DNA of 64,000 nucleotides, taken from the sequence record PP355766.1; one strand, given 5' to 3'. Position 1 is the first letter of the stretch; every line of letters starts with the position of its first letter. Shown here one piece after another: positions 1 through 9,905 of this stretch. Under the pieces are notes generated by a model, which saw nothing but the letters and a program-made list of their open reading frames with translations, was not told the DNA's origin and did not search any database. Made by a program: the position numbers and the translations under genes.

Positions 1-14
1 ACCTTGCCGATAGA

Positions 15-254
15 ATGGCTAATACTGCTATTAACGTAGCCACAGAAGAATTATCAGCAGCAAAAGAAGAAGTATTAACTCAGATTGAGAAAACCGCTTT
101 AGCGGGTAAGCGTGAGCTAATTATGTATCCGAGTAGTCTAGTTAAGAAACACATTACAAGTGTTCTTAATTATTTGCATGATGAAGGATTTGTTACAAAT
201 TATACCAGTTCCCAGCGTAACGGTGATACTGACTTTATGAAAATCACATTCTAA
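15..254 (+). CDS. Hypothetical protein (79 aa) upstream of RNA ligase 2
   Basis: Clean ORF followed by the AAGGAA RBS of rnlB; position equals the T4 24.2 slot (inference). Confidence 0.7.
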   Translation: MANTAINVATEELSAAKEEVLTQIEKTALAGKRELIMYPSSLVKKHITSVLNYLHDEGFVTNYTSSQRNGDTDFMKITF

Positions 255-264
255 GGAAATTATA

Positions 265-1272
265 ATGTTTGCAAAATATTCTAGTCTCGAGAATCATTAC
301 AACGGTAAGTTCATCGAGAAGATTCGTGGTGCTGGTTTTGATATGCATACTGTTGAGTGGGTGGCTCGTGAGAAGATTCATGGCACTAACTTCAGTGTGA
401 TTATTACTCCTACCGAAATCGTTCCGGCTAAGCGTACTGGACCTATTTTAGAAAGTGAAAGTTTCTTTGGTCATGATATTATCATGAAGAAATATAAGGA
501 TTCTTTCGTTAAGATGCAGAACATGCTGAACGCCATGGATTTAGTATCTGTTCAAATCTTTGGCGAATTTGCTGGCGGTGGCATTCAGAAGGGCGTAGAT
601 TATGGTGAGAAAGATTTCTACGTGTTTGATATCCTGTCGGACTCCGGTAATGAAAAAGTTTATTGGGACGATTATGTAGTAGAATCGTTTGCTACTGGTC
701 TTGGTCTTAAATTGGCTCCACTTCTTGGTCGAGGTTCATTTGCCGAGCTATCTCAGTATGTAAATGACTTTAAATCTATTGTCAATTACTATAATGAGCT
801 TGTTGACACGACTGACCTTGAACACGCAAATAAACATGTGTTCGGTCCGCAGGCTTCTTCTGAAACTGGCGTAGCTGAAGGCTATGTTCTTAAGCCGGTT
901 CATCCTAAGTTCTTCAATAATGGTACTCGTGTTGCTATTAAGTGTAAGAACTCTAAGTTCAGTGAGAAGGCTAAATCCGATAAGCCTATTAAAGCGAAGG
1001 TTGAACTCACCGAGAATGATAAGCGTGTTCTGGAAATCTTTTCTGAATATGTAACCTGGAACCGTGTAAGTAACGTTCTGTCTCATATTGGTACTGTAAC
1101 TGCTAAAGATTTCGGTCGTGTTATGGGTCTGACTATGAAAGATATCATTAACGAAGCAGCACGTGAAGGTCATGACATGCTATTCGCTGATAATCCTTCT
1201 GCTGTTAAGAAAGAAATCACTACTTTAATTCAAAACACTATTCGTAGTAAATGGCATGAGGTTTTAGAATAA
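265..1272 (+). CDS. rnlB: RNA ligase 2
   Basis: Motif I REKIHGTNFS, FGEFAGGGIQK, EGYVLKP, AIKCKNSKF; full-length similarity to T4 Rnl2. Confidence 0.97.
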   Translation: MFAKYSSLENHYNGKFIEKIRGAGFDMHTVEWVAREKIHGTNFSVIITPTEIVPAKRTGPILESESFFGHDIIMKKYKDSFVKMQNMLNAMDLVSVQIFGEFAGGGIQKGVDYGEKDFYVFDILSDSGNEKVYWDDYVVESFATGLGLKLAPLLGRGSFAELSQYVNDFKSIVNYYNELVDTTDLEHANKHVFGPQASSETGVAEGYVLKPVHPKFFNNGTRVAIKCKNSKFSEKAKSDKPIKAKVELTENDKRVLEIFSEYVTWNRVSNVLSHIGTVTAKDFGRVMGLTMKDIINEAAREGHDMLFADNPSAVKKEITTLIQNTIRSKWHEVLE

Positions 1273-1844
1273 TGAGATTGGCGCTTATTGGTTCACGAGA
1301 AGCGCCACGCAGAGTTCTGAGTCTAATGACTACAATAGGTCAACGCCTCTCGGAAGAGGGGCATTTTTCATATTCAGGTGGAGCTCCGGGTTCAGATGAA
1401 GCGTGGTTGGCGAAATACGATAGGTCAAATTCTTGTAGGATTATTCCTTATTCTGGCTTTTGTGGCCATGTTCCTGGTACAGGTGTTGTTGTATGGTCTG
1501 AATTATCAAACGAAGCCAAAATCAAAAGCATCATTAAGGCGAGAGAAGTTACGTCGTACTGGGATGAATGCTCGAAGATAGTGCAGACTTTATTCGCACG
1601 GAATTCTATGCAGGTATTGGGCCTAGAATGCACTGAGCCTGTAGATAAGGTATTATATTGGGCGCCTGAGAAAAGATGCGGGAGTGTATCTGGAGGGACG
1701 AGAGTAGCTGTTGATATAGCTCGCAGGCACGGGATAGAATGTGTTAATCTATACGATAAGAAAGTGTTTAAATCCCTCGAGGAGGAATACTCTCCGAAGT
1801 TTGACATATTTAGTTTTTTCATCGTGTTTCTCTCAGTTTGTTAA
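1272..1844 (+). CDS. SLOG-superfamily (DprA/YpsA-like) protein; 3' end runs into a junction near 1812
   Basis: LALIGSRE and YSGGAPGSDEAW nucleotide-binding motifs, plus GGT..AV..A.R; the last ~10 codons overlap an antisense promoter/start region of another fragment. Confidence 0.6.
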   Translation: MRLALIGSREAPRRVLSLMTTIGQRLSEEGHFSYSGGAPGSDEAWLAKYDRSNSCRIIPYSGFCGHVPGTGVVVWSELSNEAKIKSIIKAREVTSYWDECSKIVQTLFARNSMQVLGLECTEPVDKVLYWAPEKRCGSVSGGTRVAVDIARRHGIECVNLYDKKVFKSLEEEYSPKFDIFSFFIVFLSVC

Positions 1845-1848
1845 TGTA

Positions 1849-1882
1849 GAGCCATTATATAATGGCTCTTTCATAAAGTAAA
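1849..1882 (-). promoter_or_regulatory. T4-type early promoter overlapped by a palindrome
   Basis: Minus strand TTTACT-17 nt-TATAAT; inverted repeat GAGCCATT-ATAT-AATGGCTC at 1849-1868. Confidence 0.7.
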
Positions 1883-1885
1883 TAG

Positions 1886-2053
1886 TTATCGGTGAGAAAT
1901 TTCACATCCAACATCGACGCCGAACAGATACCCAGCTTCCCACCCTTTAGCCATCATAGCCTTGGCCACCAGAACCATCGTTGGAGAGATTTTCGGGAGG
2001 ATTTCCCGGTTGAACCACTCTTCAAAGTTTTCATCGAACTCAAACTCTTCCAT
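1886..2053 (-). CDS. Hypothetical protein (55 aa, MEEFEFDENFEEWF...)
   Basis: Translated by hand; TAATG coupling to the dexA stop. Confidence 0.65.
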   Translation of the reverse strand: MEEFEFDENFEEWFNREILPKISPTMVLVAKAMMAKGWEAGYLFGVDVGCEISHR

Positions 2054-2742
2054 TAGCCACGCCCCTTAGGTAAACTCAAAGGATCGGTATCTTCTGGACT
2101 TGGTGCTTCGCTTAGGCCTAGAGCATAACGTTGAGCATATTTAAGCATTAAAATATCCTTAGCACAGTCATGGATACTATCATGCGCGATAAACCCGTCG
2201 AGCGTACCCTTTGGAAGAGGAGTAGTTGTCAGCCCACGAGTCAGAAGCAGCGATTCAATTGCAGTACGAATGTCACGCTGATTCCAGAACTTGCATGGTT
2301 CTTCTTTAAATGTATCAATTTCTTCTTCGGAAATTCCTTGGGCTCGTTGAACATCGCGAAGACAATCAACAAAAATTGGAAAGTCAAAGCTCTGTCCACG
2401 ACACCAGCCAAAGGAATCCCATGGGTGAATTCCATTATCAATCAGATATTGCTGAGCTTCTTTAATTCCAGCAATTACTGATAAATCGTCTGGCGTTGAG
2501 GCCAGGTTAGCACGGGCCTCAGCTGATTGTTTCTTCCACCACTCAAGAGTAGACTTACCAAACAACCGATGACCTTTCTGGGATTTAAGGTCAAACTTAA
2601 TACGATGACCACGTTTAACCAATTCATCGAAGCTTTCCAGAACTTCAGGGTCAGAATCAAAGGTTATTAGAGCAAGGTCAATCACAGAAGAGCTTGACAC
2701 ATTTCCGAATGTTTCAAAATCAATAATAAAGTCTTTAGCCAT
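2053..2742 (-). CDS. dexA: Exonuclease A (DEDD 3'-5')
   Basis: DFIIDFETFG, RGQSFDFPI, HDSIHDCAKD; T4 synteny with dda. Confidence 0.95.
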   Translation of the reverse strand: MAKDFIIDFETFGNVSSSSVIDLALITFDSDPEVLESFDELVKRGHRIKFDLKSQKGHRLFGKSTLEWWKKQSAEARANLASTPDDLSVIAGIKEAQQYLIDNGIHPWDSFGWCRGQSFDFPIFVDCLRDVQRAQGISEEEIDTFKEEPCKFWNQRDIRTAIESLLLTRGLTTTPLPKGTLDGFIAHDSIHDCAKDILMLKYAQRYALGLSEAPSPEDTDPLSLPKGRG

Positions 2743-2989
2743 TTTGAGCCTCTAGCATAAATTTAATTTCGCGTAACTGGCAACCAATATATTCGCTCAG
2801 ATACACCTTTGGGTCATATCCTGTGAACCAAGTAATAGCATTAGCATTATCTGCTATATCACGAAGCTCATTCAGAACTGTATCAATTTTAATGTTAATA
2901 GCACGCTTAACATTATCCGGTGCTTCAAACTTAGATTCTTGTAAGCCAACAATCATTGTTTGAAGGTCTTCTAATTTCAATTCAAACAT
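2735..2989 (-). CDS. Hypothetical protein between dda and dexA (DexA.1/.2 slot)
   Basis: ORF overlapping the dexA start; synteny. Confidence 0.7.
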   Translation of the reverse strand: MFELKLEDLQTMIVGLQESKFEAPDNVKRAINIKIDTVLNELRDIADNANAITWFTGYDPKVYLSEYIGCQLREIKFMLEAQNG

Positions 2990-2995
2990 ATTACC

Positions 2996-3725
2996 TCACA
3001 CATAGAATACATCATAACGACCACGAGTAGTACCAACATATAATAACTGCTGTGCGAGAGAAGCATCTGCCATGTGAATGCATGGAGTATAAATGAAGCT
3101 TCTGTCAATTGAGATGCCCTGAGCCTTATGGAAAGTCGAAGCTGGTAATGCTTTCACTTTATGAAACTTACGCTTAGCATCCCAGAACTCAGACCAAGGA
3201 GCTTTACCTCCTTTATTCCAATTCTTATATGTATCTGCAGTTTTTGCCAAGAAGAATTGAAACTTATTCATTTCTTCTTCGGATGAGATGACACAGATTT
3301 TCTCTCTAGCGTACTCTTCATCGTCGCCATAGGTTTCAATATCTAATACCCAATGACGAACCAGATATTCACCTGGAACACCTCTGGCACCCAAAAACGT
3401 GGTGGTTTCAACTGCATCTAATATGCGAACAAACTGACCATTATTGAAAAGAATTTCGCTGAATTTCTTCCCTTCAAATTTAAGTTCCTTGGTAAGAGGT
3501 TCTTGCATAACAACAATCTCACCTACTACGAATGGTCGTTCAGTTTCATAGATTCTGCGTCTGATTATTTCATTCAATTTATCCACAGATTTATTCGTGA
3601 ATGCAAGCATTCTGTTTTCAAATAAATCTTCTGGTGTTTTAACTAAATTAAAATAATTTAGCATAAAATCTTTAAGGGCGGTTCCTTTAGTAAAACCACG
3701 GACGCCATGACCATCAACTACACAG
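2996..3725 (-). CDS. dda: Dda helicase, 3' fragment
   Basis: LAFTNKSVDKLN, STFHKAQG, LLYVGTTR; the 5' part lies at 5570-6084. Confidence 0.93.
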
Positions 3726-3756
3726 TCTCTCGAAATAACATACTGAGGAGATTACA

Positions 3757-4200
3757 ATGAAATCGTTACTTGCTGTTATTGTTGCTCTCACGCTGACTGG
3801 TTGTCAAATGCCACAAGGTGATATCGTCCCGGCTTCTTCTGTTGGACAGGTGCGAGCAATTGGCGGTACTGTAGGATACTATCGTGCTAGCAACCAGGTC
3901 TCTGCTGAATCGCTCGCGGTAGAGCGTCGTTTGGCGAAAGAAAAAGCTAATCCTAATCGTCAGCTATCTGCGATGGAACTCGACATGATTGAGCAAAATA
4001 AGCATGAACTGGAAGAAATTAAGCGTCTGCGTAAAACTCAAAAAGAACGTACATGTACTGCTCAAGCGGCAGCAGTGAATGACCAGATTCGTTTAACTGA
4101 TTTTGCTAACGGCGGATTGAGTTATAATGAGCATAAACAACGTATGGAGCAGTTAAAATCTCTCCAAAATCACATCTACAACAAATGCATGTCTAACTGA
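3757..4200 (+). CDS. Putative lipoprotein adjacent to imm
   Basis: Signal peptide with lipobox LTGC; GAGGAG RBS. Confidence 0.65.
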   Translation: MKSLLAVIVALTLTGCQMPQGDIVPASSVGQVRAIGGTVGYYRASNQVSAESLAVERRLAKEKANPNRQLSAMELDMIEQNKHELEEIKRLRKTQKERTCTAQAAAVNDQIRLTDFANGGLSYNEHKQRMEQLKSLQNHIYNKCMSN

Positions 4201-4210
4201 GGAGATTAAC

Positions 4211-4417
4211 ATGGAAGCAGTATTTGGTTTAATCATTCTTTTCTTCATCTATTTTTTGCCGACCTTTGTAGCTTGCAGTCGTAAGCATAAATCACGGGGT
4301 GGAATCTTTATCACAAATCTAGTATTCGGTTGGTCCATTATCGGTTGGTTAATTGCGCTGATTTGGTCTGCTTCTAACGCACAGCAGAATACAATTATTA
4401 TCCAGCAAGTTAAATAA
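4211..4417 (+). CDS. imm: Superinfection immunity protein
   Basis: Two hydrophobic segments, YFLP..A..R.H, NL.FGWS.IGWLIALIWS; next to gene 42 as in T4. Confidence 0.9.
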   Translation: MEAVFGLIILFFIYFLPTFVACSRKHKSRGGIFITNLVFGWSIIGWLIALIWSASNAQQNTIIIQQVK

Positions 4418-4425
4418 GAGGTCTC

Positions 4426-5160
4426 ATGATTGTAACTCCAATGACAGTACAAGATATCCGTCAAGAATTCGCTGATGCTTTGCTCAACAAAGAATTTGTG
4501 ATTGATAAGACGGGTGTGAAGACTATTGAAATCGTAGGTGCATCATTTATTGCAGATGAAAACCTAATTTTTGGCGCAGTTAATGATGGATATATTGCTC
4601 GGGAACTTGAGTGGTATAAATCTCAAAGTTTATTCGTTAAAGATATTCCAGGTGAAACCCCAGCTATTTGGAAAGCAATTGCATCCAAGCATGGTGAGAT
4701 TAATTCTAACTATGGCTGGGCAGTTTGGTCATCACAAAACTATTCACAGTTTGCTAACTGTGCAAAAGAACTTATCAGTAATCCTGATTCTCGCCGCGGA
4801 ATTATGATTTATACACGACCTCAAATGCAGTATGATTTTGAGCGCGATGGCATGAGTGATTTCATGTGTACTAACAATGTTCAGTATCTGATTCGTGATA
4901 ATAAAGTTCATGCTGTTGTAAACATGCGTTCTAACGATGTCGTCTTTGGATATCGTAATGACTATGCATGGCAGCTCTATGTTCTGGAACAGTTAACCAA
5001 ACTTCTGAATGCATCAGGTAAAAATTATTCAGTTGGTGACATTATTTGGAATGTCGGGTCTTTGCACGTGTATGAGCGTCATTTCTATCTTGTTGATAAC
5101 TATGCTCACACGGGTGAAACTCATATTGCAAAGAAAGATTATAAAGGTGAATGGAAATGA
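4426..5160 (+). CDS. 42: dCMP hydroxymethyltransferase
   Basis: SDFMCTNNVQY, MRSNDVVFGYRND, NVGSLHVYERHF. Confidence 0.97.
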   Translation: MIVTPMTVQDIRQEFADALLNKEFVIDKTGVKTIEIVGASFIADENLIFGAVNDGYIARELEWYKSQSLFVKDIPGETPAIWKAIASKHGEINSNYGWAVWSSQNYSQFANCAKELISNPDSRRGIMIYTRPQMQYDFERDGMSDFMCTNNVQYLIRDNKVHAVVNMRSNDVVFGYRNDYAWQLYVLEQLTKLLNASGKNYSVGDIIWNVGSLHVYERHFYLVDNYAHTGETHIAKKDYKGEWK

Positions 5161-5570
5161 TTCAGTTTGTAATTCCAAGTTATAAGCGTGCCGGGGCAGT
5201 AACTGCCCTGACTATGTTTCCTGAAGGTTATGTTCCACATCTTGTAGTACGTGAATCAGAAAAAGAAGCATACGAAACTTGGCACGGTCATGCTGCTAAA
5301 ATCGTTACTGTCCCCGATGATGTTGATGGAATTGCAGGAACTCGTCGTCTGATTACTGAAATGTATGCAGGACAACGAATTTGGATGCTTGATGACGATA
5401 CGACCATTCATCTGACTGAAATTCGTGAACGCGACGATCGCCGTGTTCCACTTGGTGTCGGCGAGGCAATGAGTCAAGAGGTATTTGATGATATGGTCAA
5501 ATACGTAGAGACTGCTATGGATTGTGGTTATTATCATGGTCATGCTCGCTTGCCGATTTTCAAAATTGTA
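5157..5570 (+). CDS. beta-glucosyl-HMC-alpha-glucosyltransferase (T2/T6 type), 5' fragment
   Basis: IQFVIPSY, GIAGTR, RIWMLDDD, GYYHGHARLPIFK; cut at a junction near 5570. Confidence 0.88.
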
Positions 5571-6084
5571 AGAAATCTTTATGAGTGAAGAATGGACTCA
5601 GTGCAGGTTCATTACTTCCAGGTTCTACCGGACGTATCTGAGCCTTATCACCAATGGCAATGACAATACACCAGGCAGGAATAGTTGCCATCAAAATCTT
5701 AAACAGCTTACGGTCATACATTGAAGCTTCATCGCAGATGAGAACTCGAATAGATGCCATATCCGGAACTTTCTTTTGTTCAAACAGAACGTTTTCTTCA
5801 TATGTCGTCGGGTTAATTTTCAGAAGACTATGAATAGTACTGGCCTGCATTCCGCTGAGCTTAGATAAAACCTTTTTGGCCCCATGCGTAGGTGCTGCCA
5901 ACGCAATGCCAGAGATACCCTGAGAAATCAAAGCGTCAATGATAAATTTGGTTAAAGTTGTTTTACCTGTACCGGCAGGTCCATTAATCGTAATATGTTG
6001 ACCTTTAGCTCCTTGTTTGACCATTTCAATGACTTTATTAAAAATCGCTTTTTGACTTTCTTTTAATTGGTCAAACGTAATCAT
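5570..6084 (-). CDS. dda: Dda helicase, 5' fragment
   Basis: Walker A GPAGTGKT, ICDEASM, IGDKAQIRPV. Confidence 0.93.
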
Positions 6085-6395
6085 GCCACTTTTACCCTCA
6101 CTACATGTAGATTTTTAATTTTTGCTTTGAGTTTTTCGCGCTCAACATCGCTAAGTGGTTCATACACCAGCTCAGATGTTTTCCACCAAAGCATCCCTTT
6201 GGTTTTGCTTTTCCCAGTAAAATTCCCTTTTGCTAATTTGTCTGTTAAAACCGACATTGTACGAATCCGTGCTTTATTGGCTGATTCTTCATTAGTGAAG
6301 ACCACACATCGTTCTCCATCGTACATATCAGTTGTGACTGGATGGTCAAATCCGTCTTTATCCTTATACGCTACTACATATCCATAGTGTTGCAT
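6081..6395 (-). CDS. dda.1: Dda.1-like hypothetical protein
   Basis: Synteny srd-dda.1-dda; overlaps the dda start. Confidence 0.75.
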   Translation of the reverse strand: MQHYGYVVAYKDKDGFDHPVTTDMYDGERCVVFTNEESANKARIRTMSVLTDKLAKGNFTGKSKTKGMLWWKTSELVYEPLSDVEREKLKAKIKNLHVVRVKVA

Positions 6396-7153
6396 TACAT
6401 TTTACCTCTCAAAAGTTGGAAGAAGGACGCAGTCAATGGAAGACCTTTTTTCAATTTTAACTTATCTAACATTGAGCATTCTTCTAACCGACGAAGTGAG
6501 TTAACAATTAACCGTATTGATTGTACACGGATTTCAGCATCTGACGGACGATTCGGAACTGACGCTAAAATAGCAGATAACTTACGCTCAACTTTAGCTA
6601 ATTCAGACTTACCACCACTGATACGAGTTCTCAATGCATTAATAAGTTCTAAATCTGCCGAGGTTGCAGTTCCATTCTTTTCTTTTTGCACAAATTGAGA
6701 AAGATGATTTTCGCGATTACGTAAGTTAGTTTTAATTGATGCGATAGTTTTTTCATACTCGCTAATCTTTTCCAAGCGAGACGCTTCTTTATCACTTGTA
6801 GGTTTAACAGAATCAGAAGAGCGAACTATGCGTGCCGCAATTTCATTCGCTTTTCGTTCAAGGCCTTCAATCGTATTATTTCCACGCAAAGTATTATACT
6901 TTTGCTTAACAGGAATAACATTCCCCATTACATATCCCAAGTCATTATTCCAACGCTCGAGCGTCATGCTGTCAGGATGATTTCCTTTAACAGTTCCAAA
7001 CTTTTCGCCTGAGTATGCACAGTGTGTCTGTTGCATGATGTTAAACAGATATTCTGGGGTGAGATTGAACTCCTTGTGCCGACGTTGAGCAGAACCTAAA
7101 GTTGTAATTAAACGAGTATAAACTTTAGCGGTTTCAGCAGTAAATTTCATCAT
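6395..7153 (-). CDS. srd: Srd, putative anti-sigma/decoy protein
   Basis: SAQRRHKEFNL, CAYSGE.F, LER.NN..GY..GNVIPVK and C-terminal LKLKKG.PL match T4 Srd. Confidence 0.88.
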   Translation of the reverse strand: MMKFTAETAKVYTRLITTLGSAQRRHKEFNLTPEYLFNIMQQTHCAYSGEKFGTVKGNHPDSMTLERWNNDLGYVMGNVIPVKQKYNTLRGNNTIEGLERKANEIAARIVRSSDSVKPTSDKEASRLEKISEYEKTIASIKTNLRNRENHLSQFVQKEKNGTATSADLELINALRTRISGGKSELAKVERKLSAILASVPNRPSDAEIRVQSIRLIVNSLRRLEECSMLDKLKLKKGLPLTASFFQLLRGKM

Positions 7154-7230
7154 GTTTTCCTCAAAAATGCTTTCGTCTTACGGACGGTATAATGGGTCTA
7201 GGTCCCTAGTTCTAGATAATCACTAGTTGA

Positions 7231-7385
7231 CTAAGCTATAGTAACACTAAAGTAGTCCATAAGTAAACCAGATTTTTCAACTTTGTTATGACCCACCACT
7301 TTGAACTTAGTTCCCATCGGTAGCATCCTTTCTTGTTCTTTATCAATCATCTCGATGTCAGCGCTTCTGCGCTGAGCAATGTTAT
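7231..7385 (-). CDS. modA: Mod-family ADP-ribosyltransferase, 3' fragment
   Basis: MIDKEQERMLP (E-x-E ART motif); upstream of srd as in T4. Confidence 0.6.
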
Positions 7386-7389
7386 CAAT

Positions 7390-8077
7390 CAACACGGTCA
7401 TTAAATAACTGAACATATTGCCAGTTCTGTCCTTTATCATTTGATACCTTGACCATGTGTTGGAATCTTTCAAACAGATACAAAATTCCGTCTATTTCTC
7501 CCAGCATAGTTCTATTTTTATCAACACACACTGCTTCAATAGGTCCCTGAATTTCATGATATCCAGATTCACCTACAACGAAGTTTTCAATAGCTGATAA
7601 ATGAGAATATTCAGGACTAAACTGAAAAGACTCAGTCATCAAAGATGCCATCATGGCAGATGTGTTGAAGTTAACATACGACATGTTGTTTAAAGAAAAC
7701 TTCTGTTTAATGAATTCTTTCACTAAACTGAATTCTTGCATGTGCTCAAATGTGTATGCGTTTTCTTCAAAAGTTTGGAACTCTTCTGTTTCAACCCATT
7801 CAGACGGCTCAAACCCTGCTGACGTAGTTTGAACACGCATTTTATAATAAGTAAGCGGTTCAATACGATTTTGTTCGAACCAATCATTATCCGCGGTATA
7901 ACCCAGTGAAGACCAACTCAAGTTATCAGCGGGGATAACTTCCCCCGCTCTGTTTCGAGTTTCGGCCAGTTCTACAAAATAGTAGAAGTTTGCACCAACG
8001 TCATCCCAACGAATATTGACCTGATTCGCAGATAGCTTATGAATTCGTAAGCTGGTGACGAACGGTGCAATTGTCAT
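7390..8077 (-). CDS. 7: Baseplate wedge gp7, 5' fragment
   Basis: APFVTSLRIHKLSANQV.IRWDDVGANFYYFVE; follows the gene 6 stop. Confidence 0.93.
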
Positions 8078-8850
8078 TGAGTAATAGGCTCCAATTTAAT
8101 AGTTGTGTATTGAGGACGAAGGTCATTCTCAAATACGATAAGTGTTCCATCGCGGGCGAATATGATATCCTGAGTAGGAGTAGAATAAAGCTCAATACTC
8201 TGGTCTTCAAACTGAAGAGGATCGGCTCCAATAGCTCCAAGGCTCCAGTAAATATTATCACCATAATAATCTACTTCACCGATTTTGTACCAACGAGTTC
8301 TTTCTCCATTAGTAGTTCTATCAAAATCGTCTTCAGTATATGGCTGAATATGAGTATTCTCTTTAATATCACCTGGTTTAAATGGTCCAATGACCATATT
8401 TCCTTTACCATTTTTATCTGGGTCAGTTCCAACGATATTAACTGGATATGAATCTGCAGTTGGAGTGACAGTAAAGACCAAATCACCAGAACGTAACGTC
8501 CGCGGAGTAATAGTATTATAGTATTTAATACCTGCGCTAGGAAGAGTGAAATAGTTGACAATTTCACGAACCATCTGAATATCAACAGAAGAACCGATGA
8601 TTGAATGGTCAGTATCATCAATATAGGTCAATAATTTAGATTTACTGAAATTTTTGTTAAACATTTCAACTTCATCAACGTAATATCTATTAATTGAGTC
8701 TATAATTTTTGACTGTAACCACTGCTCAGATTCTTGTAACTTATTCAGCGCATAAGAAGCTTTAATATTATGACGAATGAATAAGTAATCTGGGCTCATT
8801 ACCGAAGGAGTAATCGGAGCAAGACAGAAAGGTTTTAGATAATCCTGAAT
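8074..8850 (-). CDS. 6: Baseplate wedge gp6, 3' fragment
   Basis: IVFENDLRPQYTTIKLEPITQ terminus. Confidence 0.93.
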   Translation of the reverse strand: MQDYLKPFCLAPITPSVMSPDYLFIRHNIKASYALNKLQESEQWLQSKIIDSINRYYVDEVEMFNKNFSKSKLLTYIDDTDHSIIGSSVDIQMVREIVNYFTLPSAGIKYYNTITPRTLRSGDLVFTVTPTADSYPVNIVGTDPDKNGKGNMVIGPFKPGDIKENTHIQPYTEDDFDRTTNGERTRWYKIGEVDYYGDNIYWSLGAIGADPLQFEDQSIELYSTPTQDIIFARDGTLIVFENDLRPQYTTIKLEPITQ

Positions 8851-8864
8851 GTCTTCTCAAATTA

Positions 8865-8941
8865 CTCCGTATAGCTCAGTCTGGTAGAGCGCTCCATTTG
8901 GGATGGAGAGGTCGAATGTTCGAGTCATTCTATGGAGACCA
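8865..8941 (+). tRNA. tRNA-Pro (TGG)
   Basis: Cloverleaf; anticodon arm CTCCA-TTTGGGA-TGGAG; encoded CCA. Confidence 0.93.
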
Positions 8942-8947
8942 AATTAA

Positions 8948-9091
8948 CGGTATGACACAATACAAGATGGTGTAAGCTGAGTAGCGGGATTGCAGTCTCG
9001 TTCAGATATGCTATCGAGTATGGGTGATATATTAAACACATGGATTCTGCAAAGTCAATGTGACTCGGTTCGAGGCCGGGCATACCGTCCA
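8948..9091 (+). ncRNA. rnaC: 144-nt tRNA-like stable RNA, probable T4 species-1 RNA (RnaC) homologue
   Basis: CGGTATG/CATACCG acceptor stem, T arm CTCGG-TTCGAGG-CCGGG, CCA end; GTAAGCTGAGTAGCG and CGTTCAGATATG resemble T4 rnaC as I recall it. Confidence 0.7.
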
Positions 9092-9116
9092 ATCACTTGC
9101 CATTGAGAATTATATT

Positions 9117-9269
9117 ATGAAATATTACGGCTTCAAAACATCCCATTTCGGGAAAGCATATCGTACAGAAAACATTGATAGACGTCGAGCATATTACGAA
9201 TCACTGCATAAAGCAGGACGTTCTCGTGCACGACAAGAAGGCCAAAAACAAGCGAAGGAAATAGAATGA
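9117..9269 (+). CDS. Small basic hypothetical protein of the tRNA region
   Basis: ORF MKYYGFKTSHFGK..., overlapping the next start. Confidence 0.6.
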   Translation: MKYYGFKTSHFGKAYRTENIDRRRAYYESLHKAGRSRARQEGQKQAKEIE

Positions 9270-9634
9270 ATATTTTTATTGGTGTATCAAATGACGTAAA
9301 TGCTATTACGGTGAAGCTGTCTTTGGATGGACCGGTTAATTTAGCATTAGGGCTTTCATCTTGTGCTAAACGGGATTTAATGATTAACGCTGACTTTGCA
9401 TATGCATTTGATGAACGCAAAGGTATGTGGGTTTGGATTAAATATCGATACGACACATTACTCAAATATGAGTACTTTAGTGAACGTGATATTCAAGAAA
9501 TTATTGCTTATCACTCTGGGTGTAAAATTAATAAACTGCGGCAAGTTACTCCGTTAACCGCTGATACTAATGTAGAGCAACTTGTATTAGATTTTAAACA
9601 AATTTGCCAGGCGAAATATGATGAAAGATTCTAA
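9266..9634 (+). CDS. Hypothetical protein
   Basis: ORF within a tightly overlapping operon. Confidence 0.7.
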   Translation: MNIFIGVSNDVNAITVKLSLDGPVNLALGLSSCAKRDLMINADFAYAFDERKGMWVWIKYRYDTLLKYEYFSERDIQEIIAYHSGCKINKLRQVTPLTADTNVEQLVLDFKQICQAKYDERF

Positions 9635-9851
9635 AGGTCGAGAAGTACAAGTTGGTGATATCGTTTTCTACGGAGAACGCACATACAATAAAGGTGGTCG
9701 CGGTTCTATGAAGTGTGGCCGTATTACTGATATTGCTTCAGGATTGGCTAAAGTAGATAACGACTACGTTGCAATGCGAAGCAAATCATTCGTTAAGGTT
9801 TCTCCTATGTTCGCAACAATGTGGGAAAACGGAACGATTTTCGAGATTTAA
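9618..9851 (+). CDS. Hypothetical SH3-like protein
   Basis: KDSKGREVQVGDIVFY pattern. Confidence 0.65.
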   Translation: MMKDSKGREVQVGDIVFYGERTYNKGGRGSMKCGRITDIASGLAKVDNDYVAMRSKSFVKVSPMFATMWENGTIFEI

Positions 9852-9905
9852 TGCTACAAGAATAACCTGTTATTATTACTACATCAAAACAAACAAGGAA
9901 AAAGA

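Noticed and set aside
2996-6084. dda apparently interrupted by an imm-42-glucosyltransferase cassette
   Set aside because: The halves are in the wrong order for an insertion, the glucosyltransferase is itself truncated, and there are no target-site or splice signals; this is fragment concatenation.
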